Assembly (NCBI GenBank): GCA_963676835.2
Contig: CAXXFF010000003.1
Coordinates: forward strand, 32,001-96,000
Source of the DNA: Marispirochaeta sp.
Lineage (GTDB): Bacteria; Spirochaetota; Spirochaetia; JC444; Marispirochaetaceae
Direction of reading: 5' to 3'
Length of the DNA stretch: 64,000 nucleotides
A program made the translations under genes and the position numbers. Below the pieces are notes generated by a model. The model ran no database searches. It worked only from the letters and a program-made list of their open reading frames with translations, and was not told the origin of the DNA. Below, piece after piece: positions 1 through 9,022 of this stretch (position 1 is its first letter; every line of letters begins with the position of its first letter).

Positions 1-139
1 GCTGTCTCGATAAAAAGCAGGCATATATAGAGTTGCAAAAACATCTTAATCTTCTTTTAATCCTACAGATAAAGCTTCATATAACCCTTCAGAAAACTCT
101 TGACAAAGCTCTTCACAAAAAAGGTGAAGGGTTCAGGGC

Positions 140-168
140 AAAAAAAAGCATCCTTATAGAAGGATGCT
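140..168 (-). terminator. Rho-independent terminator of the 64-aa gene
   Basis: Stem AGCATCCTT-atag-AAGGATGCT (147-168) with an A-run at 140-147, which is a U-tract on the minus strand, just after the stop at 184. Confidence 0.8.
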
Positions 169-183
169 CCGGATAGAAAATTA

Positions 184-378
184 TTACAGTGCTGCTATCG
201 CATCCTGCAGTTTGTCGTGGGCAAGCGCTGCTTTACACTGCTTGCAGACCTTATATTTCTTTTCTTTCAGTTCTACTTCGTAACCTACCTTAATGGCGGT
301 ACGTTTACAGAGGGGACAGTTTCCGCGTCCGCTTTTAACTTTATCGCGGATACCGCTTCCCCGGTTGGCCTTTGACAT
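184..378 (-). CDS. Small basic zinc-ribbon protein (CxxC...CxxC), function unknown
   Basis: 64 aa, Lys/Arg-rich, CPLC and CKQC motifs, AAGGAG RBS, own promoter and terminator. Confidence 0.8.
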   Translation of the reverse strand: MSKANRGSGIRDKVKSGRGNCPLCKRTAIKVGYEVELKEKKYKVCKQCKAALAHDKLQDAIAAL

Positions 379-431
379 ATGTGCTCCTTACCTATATCCC
401 CGCAGGGTCGAATACTGATTGTCAGAGCGTA

Positions 432-460
432 AGTATATTTATCTTAAAGAAAAAAGTCAA
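432..460 (-). promoter_or_regulatory. Sigma70-type promoter for the 64-aa gene
   Basis: Minus strand TTGACT-17 bp-TATACT. Confidence 0.7.
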
Positions 461-497
461 CAAATGTATGGATTCAGTATTCGGCACTACCCTGCTT

Positions 498-1193
498 CTA
501 TTTTATAAAAACCCTTCTAATCCACTCATTGTGAGATTTCAGACTGCTTCTTACACCCTCAACATCCCGTTTCTCAAGAGAATCCAGTATGATTTTGTGA
601 AACTCCAGAGTTTCTCTGGAAAACATCTCAGATTCGAGATAACTGCTGGGTATCTTCTGGATAATCTGGGTAACAAGATCCTGAATATGGTAAATCACGG
701 AATTATGACTTGCTTTGTAAAGGACTTGATGAAACCGCTGGTCCCATTCAAGGTCAGCATGCCCGTTGATAATTGACTGTTCAAGATTCTCAAGGGCAAG
801 TTTTGCCTCATCTATCTCTTGTTTACTGATTCTTTCTACTATTAACGGTGCAATAGCGTCTTCAAATACAGCCCTCGCTTCGATAATCTCATTTAAAGAC
901 TGGTCTTCCAGTGAAAGAAGCAGCTCCACCGGTCCGCGGATAAGATTCCCTGTATGTTTGGTTACGAAATACCCGGAGCCTCTTCTTACTTCGAGTAAAC
1001 CGATGGCCTCAATGGATCTCAATGTTTCACGAATAGAGCTTCTCCCTACATTCAGCTGGTCAGCAAGAGCCTTTTCAGTAGGCAGCTTATCGCCGTCATT
1101 CAGCTGTGTCCAAATATACCTGGTAAGTTTGCGCGTAAGGGTGGTCTTTAATGGTTCTGTCTTTATAGGCTCAAGGCCTGATGTCATACTCAT
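498..1193 (-). CDS. GntR/FadR-family transcriptional regulator
   Basis: wHTH motif GDKLPTEKALADQLNVGRSSIRE followed by an FCD domain (WDQRFHQ...SHN...FHKII). Confidence 0.92.
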   Translation of the reverse strand: MSMTSGLEPIKTEPLKTTLTRKLTRYIWTQLNDGDKLPTEKALADQLNVGRSSIRETLRSIEAIGLLEVRRGSGYFVTKHTGNLIRGPVELLLSLEDQSLNEIIEARAVFEDAIAPLIVERISKQEIDEAKLALENLEQSIINGHADLEWDQRFHQVLYKASHNSVIYHIQDLVTQIIQKIPSSYLESEMFSRETLEFHKIILDSLEKRDVEGVRSSLKSHNEWIRRVFIK

Positions 1194-1281
1194 ACTATGG
1201 TTTAACCTTACCTAAATAATCCAGTTTTTTCAATATTACCTATCCTTTACATAGTTTATATCTGAGATATATGCTTGGTGC

Positions 1282-1321
1282 TTGACACTGGTGTTTGATA
1301 ATATTAGTCTGACAACAGACT
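1282..1321 (+). promoter_or_regulatory. Promoter of the SDR operon with overlapping palindromic operator
   Basis: TTGACA (1282-1287)-17 bp-TAGTCT (1305-1310); palindrome AGTCTG-acaa-CAGACT at 1306-1321. Confidence 0.7.
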
Positions 1322-1348
1322 TAAATCAAGGGGAAAACAGACATCTTT

Positions 1349-2086
1349 ATGGCACGAACGGTAATTGTGACAGGCGCTTCTAAAGGTATCGGCTTTGAGA
1401 CTGCTAAAGTATTTGCGGCACAAGGTGATACGGTTGTTATTTTTGATATAGACCAGGAAAACGGAGAAAAAGCTGCTGCTGCTGAAACAGCTCAGGGGCA
1501 TAAAGTATTTTTCCAGCAGGTGAACATTGTCAAATCAGAGGAAGTTAAAAAGGCCGTTTCGGCAGTGGTTAATGCTCATGGGCCGGTTGAAGTCCTGGTT
1601 AACTGTGCTGGAATACTCGATCTTCATTCCTTTGAAGAAACAACCGAGGAAGTTTGGGACCGTGTTATGGGGATAAACCTCAAAGGTGCCTTCCTTGTTT
1701 CCCAGGCAGTTCTGCCTTATATGTCAGAAAAAAAGAAAGGCAGTATAATTAACATAGCATCCTCTGCAGGACGTACTGGCGGTGTTAAAACAGGCGTAAC
1801 CTATTCTGTCTCCAAAGCCGGTGTAATCGGGTTAACCAGGACTCTGGCCAGAATGGCGGCACCTGACAAGATTACAGTAAACTGTATCGCTCCTGGTACT
1901 ACCAACACAGACATGGCAAAATTATTTACCGATGCAGATATTGAAGCAATAATCAATCAGGTCCCTTTACGCGGTCTTGTTGAGCCCTCCGATATTGGTC
2001 AGGCAGTATATTTTTTCGCATCAGAGCCTGCAAGAATGATCACTGGTATCGTAATGGATATCAATGGCGGAATCTATATGGGTTAA
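1349..2086 (+). CDS. SDR-family NAD(P)-dependent oxidoreductase
   Basis: TGASKGIG, NCAG and YSVSK catalytic motif. Confidence 0.92.
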   Translation: MARTVIVTGASKGIGFETAKVFAAQGDTVVIFDIDQENGEKAAAAETAQGHKVFFQQVNIVKSEEVKKAVSAVVNAHGPVEVLVNCAGILDLHSFEETTEEVWDRVMGINLKGAFLVSQAVLPYMSEKKKGSIINIASSAGRTGGVKTGVTYSVSKAGVIGLTRTLARMAAPDKITVNCIAPGTTNTDMAKLFTDADIEAIINQVPLRGLVEPSDIGQAVYFFASEPARMITGIVMDINGGIYMG

Positions 2087-2130
2087 TCCCCATTTATGTA
2101 TAGAGAATAAACAACAAGAAGGAGATTCTT

Positions 2131-3174
2131 ATGGCAATTAATGAATACCTTAAATGGATGGCAGAAAACACCTCTACCCAGTGGTGTAATGACTCAGCCC
2201 GGCTGATCGATCTTAATGCAGCTCTCGACTCGGGCGCCTGCGGATGTACAACCAACCCGCCCCTTTCCTATGATACGCTCAAAAACACACCCGAAGATTT
2301 TAAAGCTGAAGTATCAAAAATTGATTCTTCCCTTAAATGTAACGACCGCAATGTTGAACTTGTAGGTGCTGTAGTAAAAACCATCAGTAAGGTACTGAAG
2401 GACCGTGGCCCCTGGAGCAATGCCCACCTTGGAAACGTCCGAACCCAGGTACAGCCCAGCCTCGGCCAGGATGGCGAGGGTATGCTGGAACAGGGTAAAA
2501 AAATGGCAGCCTGGGGCGACAACGTTATGATCAAGATTCCCTGTACAACTGCTGGAATCTGGACCCTCGAAGAGCTTGCAGCACTCGGCATTCCTACAAA
2601 CCCCACAGTTTGTGTAAGCGTATCCCAGTACATTGCTGTTGGCGAAGCATATGAGAACGGTGCTGCCAGAGCAAAAAAAGCAGGACTTACTCCCGGCCCC
2701 TCAACTGCTGCGCTGGTTATGGGTCGTCTTCAAGATTATCTTACAAAAATCAACATGGTCCGCAATGCCGGCCTGACTGATGAAGACCTGGAGCTTGCTG
2801 CACTTGCAGTAGTAAAACGCTGCGCTGAAGAAAATAAAAAACGGGGATTTTCCCAGAAGATCATGCCTGCAGCTTTCAGGAGTGCCCGTCAGATTGCACA
2901 ACTCGCCGGAGCAGATGCCGTCATGACTATCCATCCCAAATGGCAGCAGGCTGTCGCAAACGCTTTTGCCAAGGGTGAGGTTGAAAAAAAGGAGCTTATT
3001 GATGTGCCTGTCGATCAGGCGGTAATTGATAAGGTTTCTAAAGCACTTCCTGAGTTTGTGCTTGCCTATGAGCCAGGTGCTCTGCCTGTTGAAGAGTTTG
3101 ACTTCTTCGGCGCAACCGTAATGACCCTTACCGGTTTTGATGCAACCGGTTGGCAGCCTCTTCTTTCACTGTAA
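2131..3174 (+). CDS. Transaldolase-family protein
   Basis: NDS, GCTTNPP and MIKIP (Schiff-base Lys) motifs. Confidence 0.88.
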   Translation: MAINEYLKWMAENTSTQWCNDSARLIDLNAALDSGACGCTTNPPLSYDTLKNTPEDFKAEVSKIDSSLKCNDRNVELVGAVVKTISKVLKDRGPWSNAHLGNVRTQVQPSLGQDGEGMLEQGKKMAAWGDNVMIKIPCTTAGIWTLEELAALGIPTNPTVCVSVSQYIAVGEAYENGAARAKKAGLTPGPSTAALVMGRLQDYLTKINMVRNAGLTDEDLELAALAVVKRCAEENKKRGFSQKIMPAAFRSARQIAQLAGADAVMTIHPKWQQAVANAFAKGEVEKKELIDVPVDQAVIDKVSKALPEFVLAYEPGALPVEEFDFFGATVMTLTGFDATGWQPLLSL

Positions 3175-3183
3175 TACTGCAGC

Positions 3184-4005
3184 ATGAGCGGCAATATTCT
3201 CAGTGTGGCCATCGCCGAGGAGCACCTCGGCGAAAAGGCGCCAGTTCTGTTTCAGACCGGCGTTCTTGACGGCATGAAGCAGGCTAAAGATCTTGGTTAT
3301 AACGGTGTGGAGCTGCATATCCGTAATCCCGGGGATCTTGATGCAGATGCTATAGAAACCCTTTCCAAGGAAACAGGTGTTGCGGTTACCGCAGTCGGAA
3401 CCGGCCTTGAGTACGGTTTAAATAAGCTCTGCTTTACTTCCCCCGAAAAATCTGTTCGGGACAATACGGTTGTGAGGTTTAAAGAACATATCGACCTTGC
3501 AGCACGCTTCAATGCCAATGTTTTCGTTGGACTCTGCAGAGGTACTGCACCGTCCATGGCTGAAGTTCCGGCATATCTGGATCTTTTTGCAGAAACCCTG
3601 CTTCCGGTACAAGAATATGCGGATTCAAAGGGAGTAATTCTAACCATTGAGCCTATTACCTATTACATGACCAACCTGTTAAATACAGTTGAGGAAACTC
3701 TTGAATTCATGAACCGTCCCGGATTTGAAAAGATGGAGCTTCTTCTGGACAGTCATCATATGTGGCTGGAAGATAAGGATATGTACGGAGAAGCGGTTCA
3801 GGTGTGCAAAGGCAAAATCGGCCATTTTCACATCTCCGACAGTAACAGAAGGTATCCTGGCGCGGGTAATGTGGATTTTGACCGGCTGGCGGAGAGCCTT
3901 AAATCTGTTGGTTATACCGGCCCTGTCTCCCTTGAGGTTTTACCTTATCCTTCGGGAAAAGAAGCCGCAGCCAAGGCCATAGACTGGATGAAAAAACACT
4001 GGTAG
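3184..4005 (+). CDS. Sugar phosphate isomerase/epimerase (TIM barrel, IolO-like)
   Basis: GVEL, IEP, LLDSHH, HFHISDSNRRYPG and SLE metal-binding motifs. Confidence 0.85.
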   Translation: MSGNILSVAIAEEHLGEKAPVLFQTGVLDGMKQAKDLGYNGVELHIRNPGDLDADAIETLSKETGVAVTAVGTGLEYGLNKLCFTSPEKSVRDNTVVRFKEHIDLAARFNANVFVGLCRGTAPSMAEVPAYLDLFAETLLPVQEYADSKGVILTIEPITYYMTNLLNTVEETLEFMNRPGFEKMELLLDSHHMWLEDKDMYGEAVQVCKGKIGHFHISDSNRRYPGAGNVDFDRLAESLKSVGYTGPVSLEVLPYPSGKEAAAKAIDWMKKHW

Positions 4006-4026
4006 GCAAGTAATACCTCAATTTAT

Positions 4027-4066
4027 AAAGCCCGGCAGTACCTGAGGTACTATCCGGGCTTTTTTT
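4027..4066 (+). terminator. Rho-independent terminator between convergent operons
   Basis: AAAGCCCGG...CCGGGCTTT stem with an inner AGTACC/GGTACT stem, followed by a T-run. Confidence 0.8.
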
Positions 4067-4131
4067 ATAATATTACTTTAGTTGAACTTTTACCTGGCAC
4101 CCTGGAAGTTCCAGGTTTGCCTTTAAATACA

Positions 4132-5934
4132 TCATTCCCTGTATAGAATATCTTTATAGTTTTCAGGCAGATCCTTAAGGATATCTTTTGAGGCTGCATA
4201 AAACCCGCTAAGATTACTGGATGTAACTATAATATCACCTGCATTCCTCAATTGTGTAGATTCAGAAGGACTGCCGGGAATATAACAGGTTATGATACCA
4301 GCTTGATTTTTATTCTCATCCCACAGGCTTATACGGACAGTTTTTTCGGGCATATCCACCGGATCTTCAGAAAGACGGTAAAGAAACTCGGCCTTTTCAA
4401 ATCCGAAAACCATTCCCCAGATCAAAGGAGTATTTGCGGCGACTCTTTCAGGATCTGTAACAACCCACTCTTTAGCAAACTTTTCAAGACGGATATCCTC
4501 TGCCATACTGCGTTTGATCTCTATCGCACCAAGGGCCATCGGGTTTATATGAAGAAGCTTTTTATCGATAAAATCATCTGCCTCGAGGGGAATATTTTCA
4601 AGAATTTCAGCATCAAGAAAAACAGGTTCTTCAAGAAAGCTTGATAAAACGGCAACTTTGCTGTTCTTATATGGCTGTATTTTTATGCTGTGCTCTGTCC
4701 CGTTTTTTTCCAGCAATTTGAATGAGATATCATCGGGACTTTCTGAATATACAAATGAGCCGTCATTGACATATGCATCATCCGGTAGGCGGTAGCGAAC
4801 AAGTACGCTGAAAATACGGAATACCAGTGCCGGCTCCGCACGCTCTTCCACGGGCTGCACAATCTTCCATTCGTTTTCCCCGGTTTTTTGTATCTCGGTA
4901 AGGGTACCGGATTTTTCGATAATGACCTGACTGATGTCTCCCGGTGTAAATCTTAAAAGTCCCCGATGCAGAAGGTCATGCGTGTCTACTACCAGTGTCT
5001 CAGGGCGGAAATTACTCAGCTGAACACCTTCCGGGTCATTGTCAGTTTCTGCAGCTATAGTCCGGGTTCCTGCAGGATAAGGGAAGCTTACCGTATCGCT
5101 GCCTTCAGGGCCGGAAAGCTGATATGTTACCAGACTGCTTCCGGGGAATAGAAACGGATCATTCGGCCTGACACCATAAGCGGTAATTTCAGCCGCACCT
5201 ATGCTCTTCAGCATTTCACTTATTTTACCGTCATCAGCAGGGGCATTGCCGTCGGAAACAAAATCCCACCAGTCACCATCTTTCTTCAGTTCTACTTCAG
5301 GATATCCATCCCTGCTTATTATAAGGCTGGTAACGGAATCCGGGTCCTGGTAAATAAGCTTATGCCCCCTGTAGCCATTTACCTCTTCGGTCATTATATC
5401 TTTAATCTGCTTTTGTGCTTTGTAAAGTATTCCCGGTTTCCCGGTCAGTGCGGCATAAACATAGCCTACATCCAGAGGGAGGATTCGTCCCAGATGCACT
5501 TCATCAAGAACAACTCCATCTTCAGACCCAATTTTTATAACCACAGAAGAGGCGGAATCAAGACCGTATTGTGACAAATCTGATTCAGACTCCGAATCAG
5601 ATGAGACCGGGATACCGACAACCTTTGAAACCATTTCCAGCAGGCTGTTTACTTTTTCCTGATCAGCAGCAGCATGCAGAGGTCTGGTCATTTTCCACAA
5701 GGTGTTGCCCTGTTCCTCAACAGCAAGAGAGAAAGCAAGATTATCTCCAGATGGTCGTACTATCTCAATCCACCGGATATCTTCTACTGATGTTGAAAGT
5801 AAATGAGGACGGACCTCTTTTTCTTCTTTACTGCCTTTATCGGCGGTTAAAAAAAGAACCCCTGCCAGCAGTACCAGAACTGCAAGAAGGATAGGCAGTA
5901 GTAGATTCTTCTTTTTTTTCCTTACCTGCGCCAT
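4132..5934 (-). CDS. DUF4340-like repeat protein, accessory to the ABC system
   Basis: N-terminal TM anchor; repeated W-x(3-4)-P...AD/AE/AN units; LSQYGL motif; lies after gldG-like gene. Confidence 0.75.
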   Translation of the reverse strand: MAQVRKKKKNLLLPILLAVLVLLAGVLFLTADKGSKEEKEVRPHLLSTSVEDIRWIEIVRPSGDNLAFSLAVEEQGNTLWKMTRPLHAAADQEKVNSLLEMVSKVVGIPVSSDSESESDLSQYGLDSASSVVIKIGSEDGVVLDEVHLGRILPLDVGYVYAALTGKPGILYKAQKQIKDIMTEEVNGYRGHKLIYQDPDSVTSLIISRDGYPEVELKKDGDWWDFVSDGNAPADDGKISEMLKSIGAAEITAYGVRPNDPFLFPGSSLVTYQLSGPEGSDTVSFPYPAGTRTIAAETDNDPEGVQLSNFRPETLVVDTHDLLHRGLLRFTPGDISQVIIEKSGTLTEIQKTGENEWKIVQPVEERAEPALVFRIFSVLVRYRLPDDAYVNDGSFVYSESPDDISFKLLEKNGTEHSIKIQPYKNSKVAVLSSFLEEPVFLDAEILENIPLEADDFIDKKLLHINPMALGAIEIKRSMAEDIRLEKFAKEWVVTDPERVAANTPLIWGMVFGFEKAEFLYRLSEDPVDMPEKTVRISLWDENKNQAGIITCYIPGSPSESTQLRNAGDIIVTSSNLSGFYAASKDILKDLPENYKDILYRE

Positions 5935-7268
5935 CGGTTAATCACCATAACCGCCAGACCGGCCAAAGCAGATAACAGCGGCAGAAGTACGATGGAAAGC
6001 CAGAAAACAAGGGTACTTTCATTACTTGTCAGTATCACCGGTGTATGGTTCGGATCCCTGGAGCGGATCCCGATAAGACTCTGCTCGCTGGTAAGCCATG
6101 CAACGGAGTTCATGGCAAGATCCTTATTCCCGGCTACTTCGAAGTAGTCATTTCCGGTAAAATCCGCATCACCGTACACTACAATGCGGCTGTCCCCTGA
6201 GGAATCACCATTGTCAACGGTTAGAGCCACCCCGGTATTTACCGGTCCCTGAAGATCAACTCCGGGGGTGTAGCCTATTTCACCGCTGCTCAATCCTTCA
6301 AGATCCCTTTCCGCCCATGTTCCCTGGCTGGTACGTCCGATAAACCATGCTTCGACACCTGAAGGCAGATTATCAGCAATTTCTACTGACCGGCACACCG
6401 GATAAAGTGTAATCATCCCCAGCCCGCGCGAAATAACATGGGTACCGTAATCGTTAACAATTGGAAGCAGAACGTCTCCACCCATCATCTGGCTCTGTTC
6501 ATCGATAATGGTGTCAAGTTCCATGGTTAATCCCAAATCTTCAAGATATGCATCCAGACCGCTTCTGCGCATGGGTTCTATAAGCAGCATAAGACTGCCG
6601 CCCTTTTTAAGATAATCCTCAACGGCCTTGACTTCAGGGTCCGTAAGCGGGGTTTTCTGTCCGGCGATTACCAGTGCTTCAGCATCGGCAGGAACACCAT
6701 TTTCCCGAACAAGCAGAAGTTCTTTTACATCGTAACGTTCTGAACTAAGAGCATCGGCCAGCTGACTGTACTCCCCGCTGATCGATTTCTCACCATGTCC
6801 GGTAATGAAATAGACTACCGGGCTATGGTCATCGATGAGTCTGTTTATACCGTTGGTTACTGCTTCTTCTTCACCGCTGACAACTTTCCGGGTTTTCCCC
6901 TTGTATTCAAGAACAATCGTTCCATTGCTGCTGACACCGAATTTTTCGACCATGTTCGGATTATTTGCAGGATCGATAATTTCATAGGAAAAATGTGAAT
7001 ACTTGCTTCTGTATTCATCCAAAAGATCTTTTGTAGCCTGCCGGTCATAATCATTGGCGGTTAAAAAAGCGGTGGCTGTAAGATCGCTTCCATCGAGACT
7101 GCTGAGAACATTAACTGTCTTTTCAGACAGACTGAAAAGCCTCTTGTCTGTAAGGTCAGCCCGCATGGTAAATCGATGTGATACAAGCTGAATAAGAACC
7201 AGGACGGCAATAAAGACCAGAGGAGTTGCCAATGCTGTAAAATTTATCGGTTTTCTTTTATCTGCCAT
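5922..7268 (-). CDS. GldG-family ABC auxiliary protein
   Basis: ADLT...FSLS, YFITGHGE, GDADF...GNKDL motifs; terminal TM helices. Confidence 0.85.
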   Translation of the reverse strand: MADKRKPINFTALATPLVFIAVLVLIQLVSHRFTMRADLTDKRLFSLSEKTVNVLSSLDGSDLTATAFLTANDYDRQATKDLLDEYRSKYSHFSYEIIDPANNPNMVEKFGVSSNGTIVLEYKGKTRKVVSGEEEAVTNGINRLIDDHSPVVYFITGHGEKSISGEYSQLADALSSERYDVKELLLVRENGVPADAEALVIAGQKTPLTDPEVKAVEDYLKKGGSLMLLIEPMRRSGLDAYLEDLGLTMELDTIIDEQSQMMGGDVLLPIVNDYGTHVISRGLGMITLYPVCRSVEIADNLPSGVEAWFIGRTSQGTWAERDLEGLSSGEIGYTPGVDLQGPVNTGVALTVDNGDSSGDSRIVVYGDADFTGNDYFEVAGNKDLAMNSVAWLTSEQSLIGIRSRDPNHTPVILTSNESTLVFWLSIVLLPLLSALAGLAVMVINRWRR

Positions 7269-7272
7269 ACTG

Positions 7273-8040
7273 CTAACTCTTCCATGTCCTTCGCTGTAAA
7301 TTAAAAAGGGTAAACATAAAAAACACTACCGTCAGATTCAGGTAATAGACAAAGTCATTGCTGTTTAGCACACCACGGTTGAAATCGGTAAAATGGTTGT
7401 ACACCGACATCTCGGAGAGTACTTTACCGATTACCCCTGGAAGCAGCTGAGCAGTCCATTCAAGCGCCCACAGCAGCAGGAGCACACCAAATCCAAGTAC
7501 GGCAGCTATCAGCTGATTCTCTGTCAGGGAGGAGAAAAAGGTGCCCACAGAAACAAAGGCAAGTCCGATTAAGGCAAGACCGATATAACTGGTAATAAGT
7601 GGTGCAGTTTCAACCTGCCCGAAGCTTGCAGCCATAATGGGGAACAGCATTGTTAAGACAAGAGAGATTACCAGGATAATAAATGCTGAAAGAATTTTCG
7701 CAAAAACAACGTCTGCATATCGCAGGGGGTAGCTTATGAGAAGTTCCAGGGTGCCGCTCTTTTTTTCCTCTGCAAAAAGACGCATGGTAATAAGCGGAAC
7801 AAAAATCAGCATTACAAATACATAGTTTGAATGCACCGGACGGAACACCGCTTCAGTAATATTCAAAACCATTGAACCGCCGTCATAATCACTCTGCATA
7901 CTGAGAACAGAAAAATAGAGGAAATTCTTATAGAAAAAATATCCGCAGATAAGGGTGAACATGGCAATAAACACGTAAACCATTGCGGAGGAAAGATAGG
8001 AACCCAGCTCTCTTCTGGTTACCGACCAAATACCTTTCAT
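7273..8040 (-). CDS. ABC-2 permease (GldF-like)
   Basis: PLITMRLFAEEKKSGTLELL and SSLTENQ motifs; multiple TM helices. Confidence 0.88.
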   Translation of the reverse strand: MKGIWSVTRRELGSYLSSAMVYVFIAMFTLICGYFFYKNFLYFSVLSMQSDYDGGSMVLNITEAVFRPVHSNYVFVMLIFVPLITMRLFAEEKKSGTLELLISYPLRYADVVFAKILSAFIILVISLVLTMLFPIMAASFGQVETAPLITSYIGLALIGLAFVSVGTFFSSLTENQLIAAVLGFGVLLLLWALEWTAQLLPGVIGKVLSEMSVYNHFTDFNRGVLNSNDFVYYLNLTVVFFMFTLFNLQRRTWKS

Positions 8041-8990
8041 GCTGTTTCTCCTTCCTTCTTTTCACGGGTAACCAGATTGAGAAACACATCTTCAAGCCCG
8101 GCTGTAACAACTGAGAGCTCGAGGAGATCCCATCCCTTTTCGACAACAAAGCGGTTAATACTCTGCCTGGGATCCAGTTTGGAGTCGGCAGTTATTCGTA
8201 TTTTAAGTATACCGTCTTCCTGATCCTCAAGATTAACTGTATTAACCCCGTTTACCGCTTCTATACCTTTGAGTGCACTCTCTTTTTCACCGTTAATTGT
8301 GTAGATAAACTCAGAGTGGCTTTTTGCGGCTTTTGCAAGATTTTCGGGTGTATCTTGGGCGATTATTTTCCCCTTTGAAATAATGACAACCCTGTCACAA
8401 ATCATGCTGACTTCAGGAAGGATGTGGCTAGAGAGGATTATGGTACGCTCCCCTCTTAAACCCTGGATAAGATTACGGAACTCAAAAGTCTGGGTAGGAT
8501 CCAGGCCGACGGTTGGTTCATCTAATATAATAACCGGAGGATCACCCACCAGAGCCTGTGCCAGGCCTAGGCGCTGCCTGTAACCTTTTGAAAGCTTCCT
8601 TGCTGTTCTTCGTCGCATTTCCTGAAGGCTGGTTGCCTCCATGGCCTTTTCAATCTGTTCTTTTTTGCTGTTTCGCCCAACACCTTTGGCGTTGGCGACA
8701 AACCCGAGATACTGTTCTACAGTCATATCCAGGTATACCGGAGCACTTTCCGGCAGATATCCGATTCTTCTTTTTACTTCAAGTGGATCTTCCGTTATGG
8801 AATATCCATCCAGTTTAATATCCCCGGAACTTGGGGAAAATAAACCGGTCATCATACGCATGGTAGTGGTTTTACCGGCCCCGTTGGGGCCGAGAAATCC
8901 AATTGTCTCACCGCGCTCTACAGAAAAGCTTGCATTATCTACGGCCCGGAAAGGGCCGTAGTTTTTAGTAAGAGATTCAACTGAAATCAT
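8037..8990 (-). CDS. ABC transporter ATP-binding protein (GldA-like)
   Basis: GPNGAGKTT, LSKGYRQR, ILDEPT. Confidence 0.92.
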   Translation of the reverse strand: MISVESLTKNYGPFRAVDNASFSVERGETIGFLGPNGAGKTTTMRMMTGLFSPSSGDIKLDGYSITEDPLEVKRRIGYLPESAPVYLDMTVEQYLGFVANAKGVGRNSKKEQIEKAMEATSLQEMRRRTARKLSKGYRQRLGLAQALVGDPPVIILDEPTVGLDPTQTFEFRNLIQGLRGERTIILSSHILPEVSMICDRVVIISKGKIIAQDTPENLAKAAKSHSEFIYTINGEKESALKGIEAVNGVNTVNLEDQEDGILKIRITADSKLDPRQSINRFVVEKGWDLLELSVVTAGLEDVFLNLVTREKKEGETA

Positions 8991-9022
8991 AATGATAGAT
9001 TAATAACCGTCCTGTGATGTGT

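Noticed and set aside
83..133. Inverted repeat AACCCTTCA...TGAAGGGTT near the window start
   Set aside because: Context is cut off by the window edge and no RNA family is recognisable.
4132..8990. Gliding motility system
   Set aside because: Only the widespread GldAFG-like ABC module is present, with no type IX secretion or motor genes.
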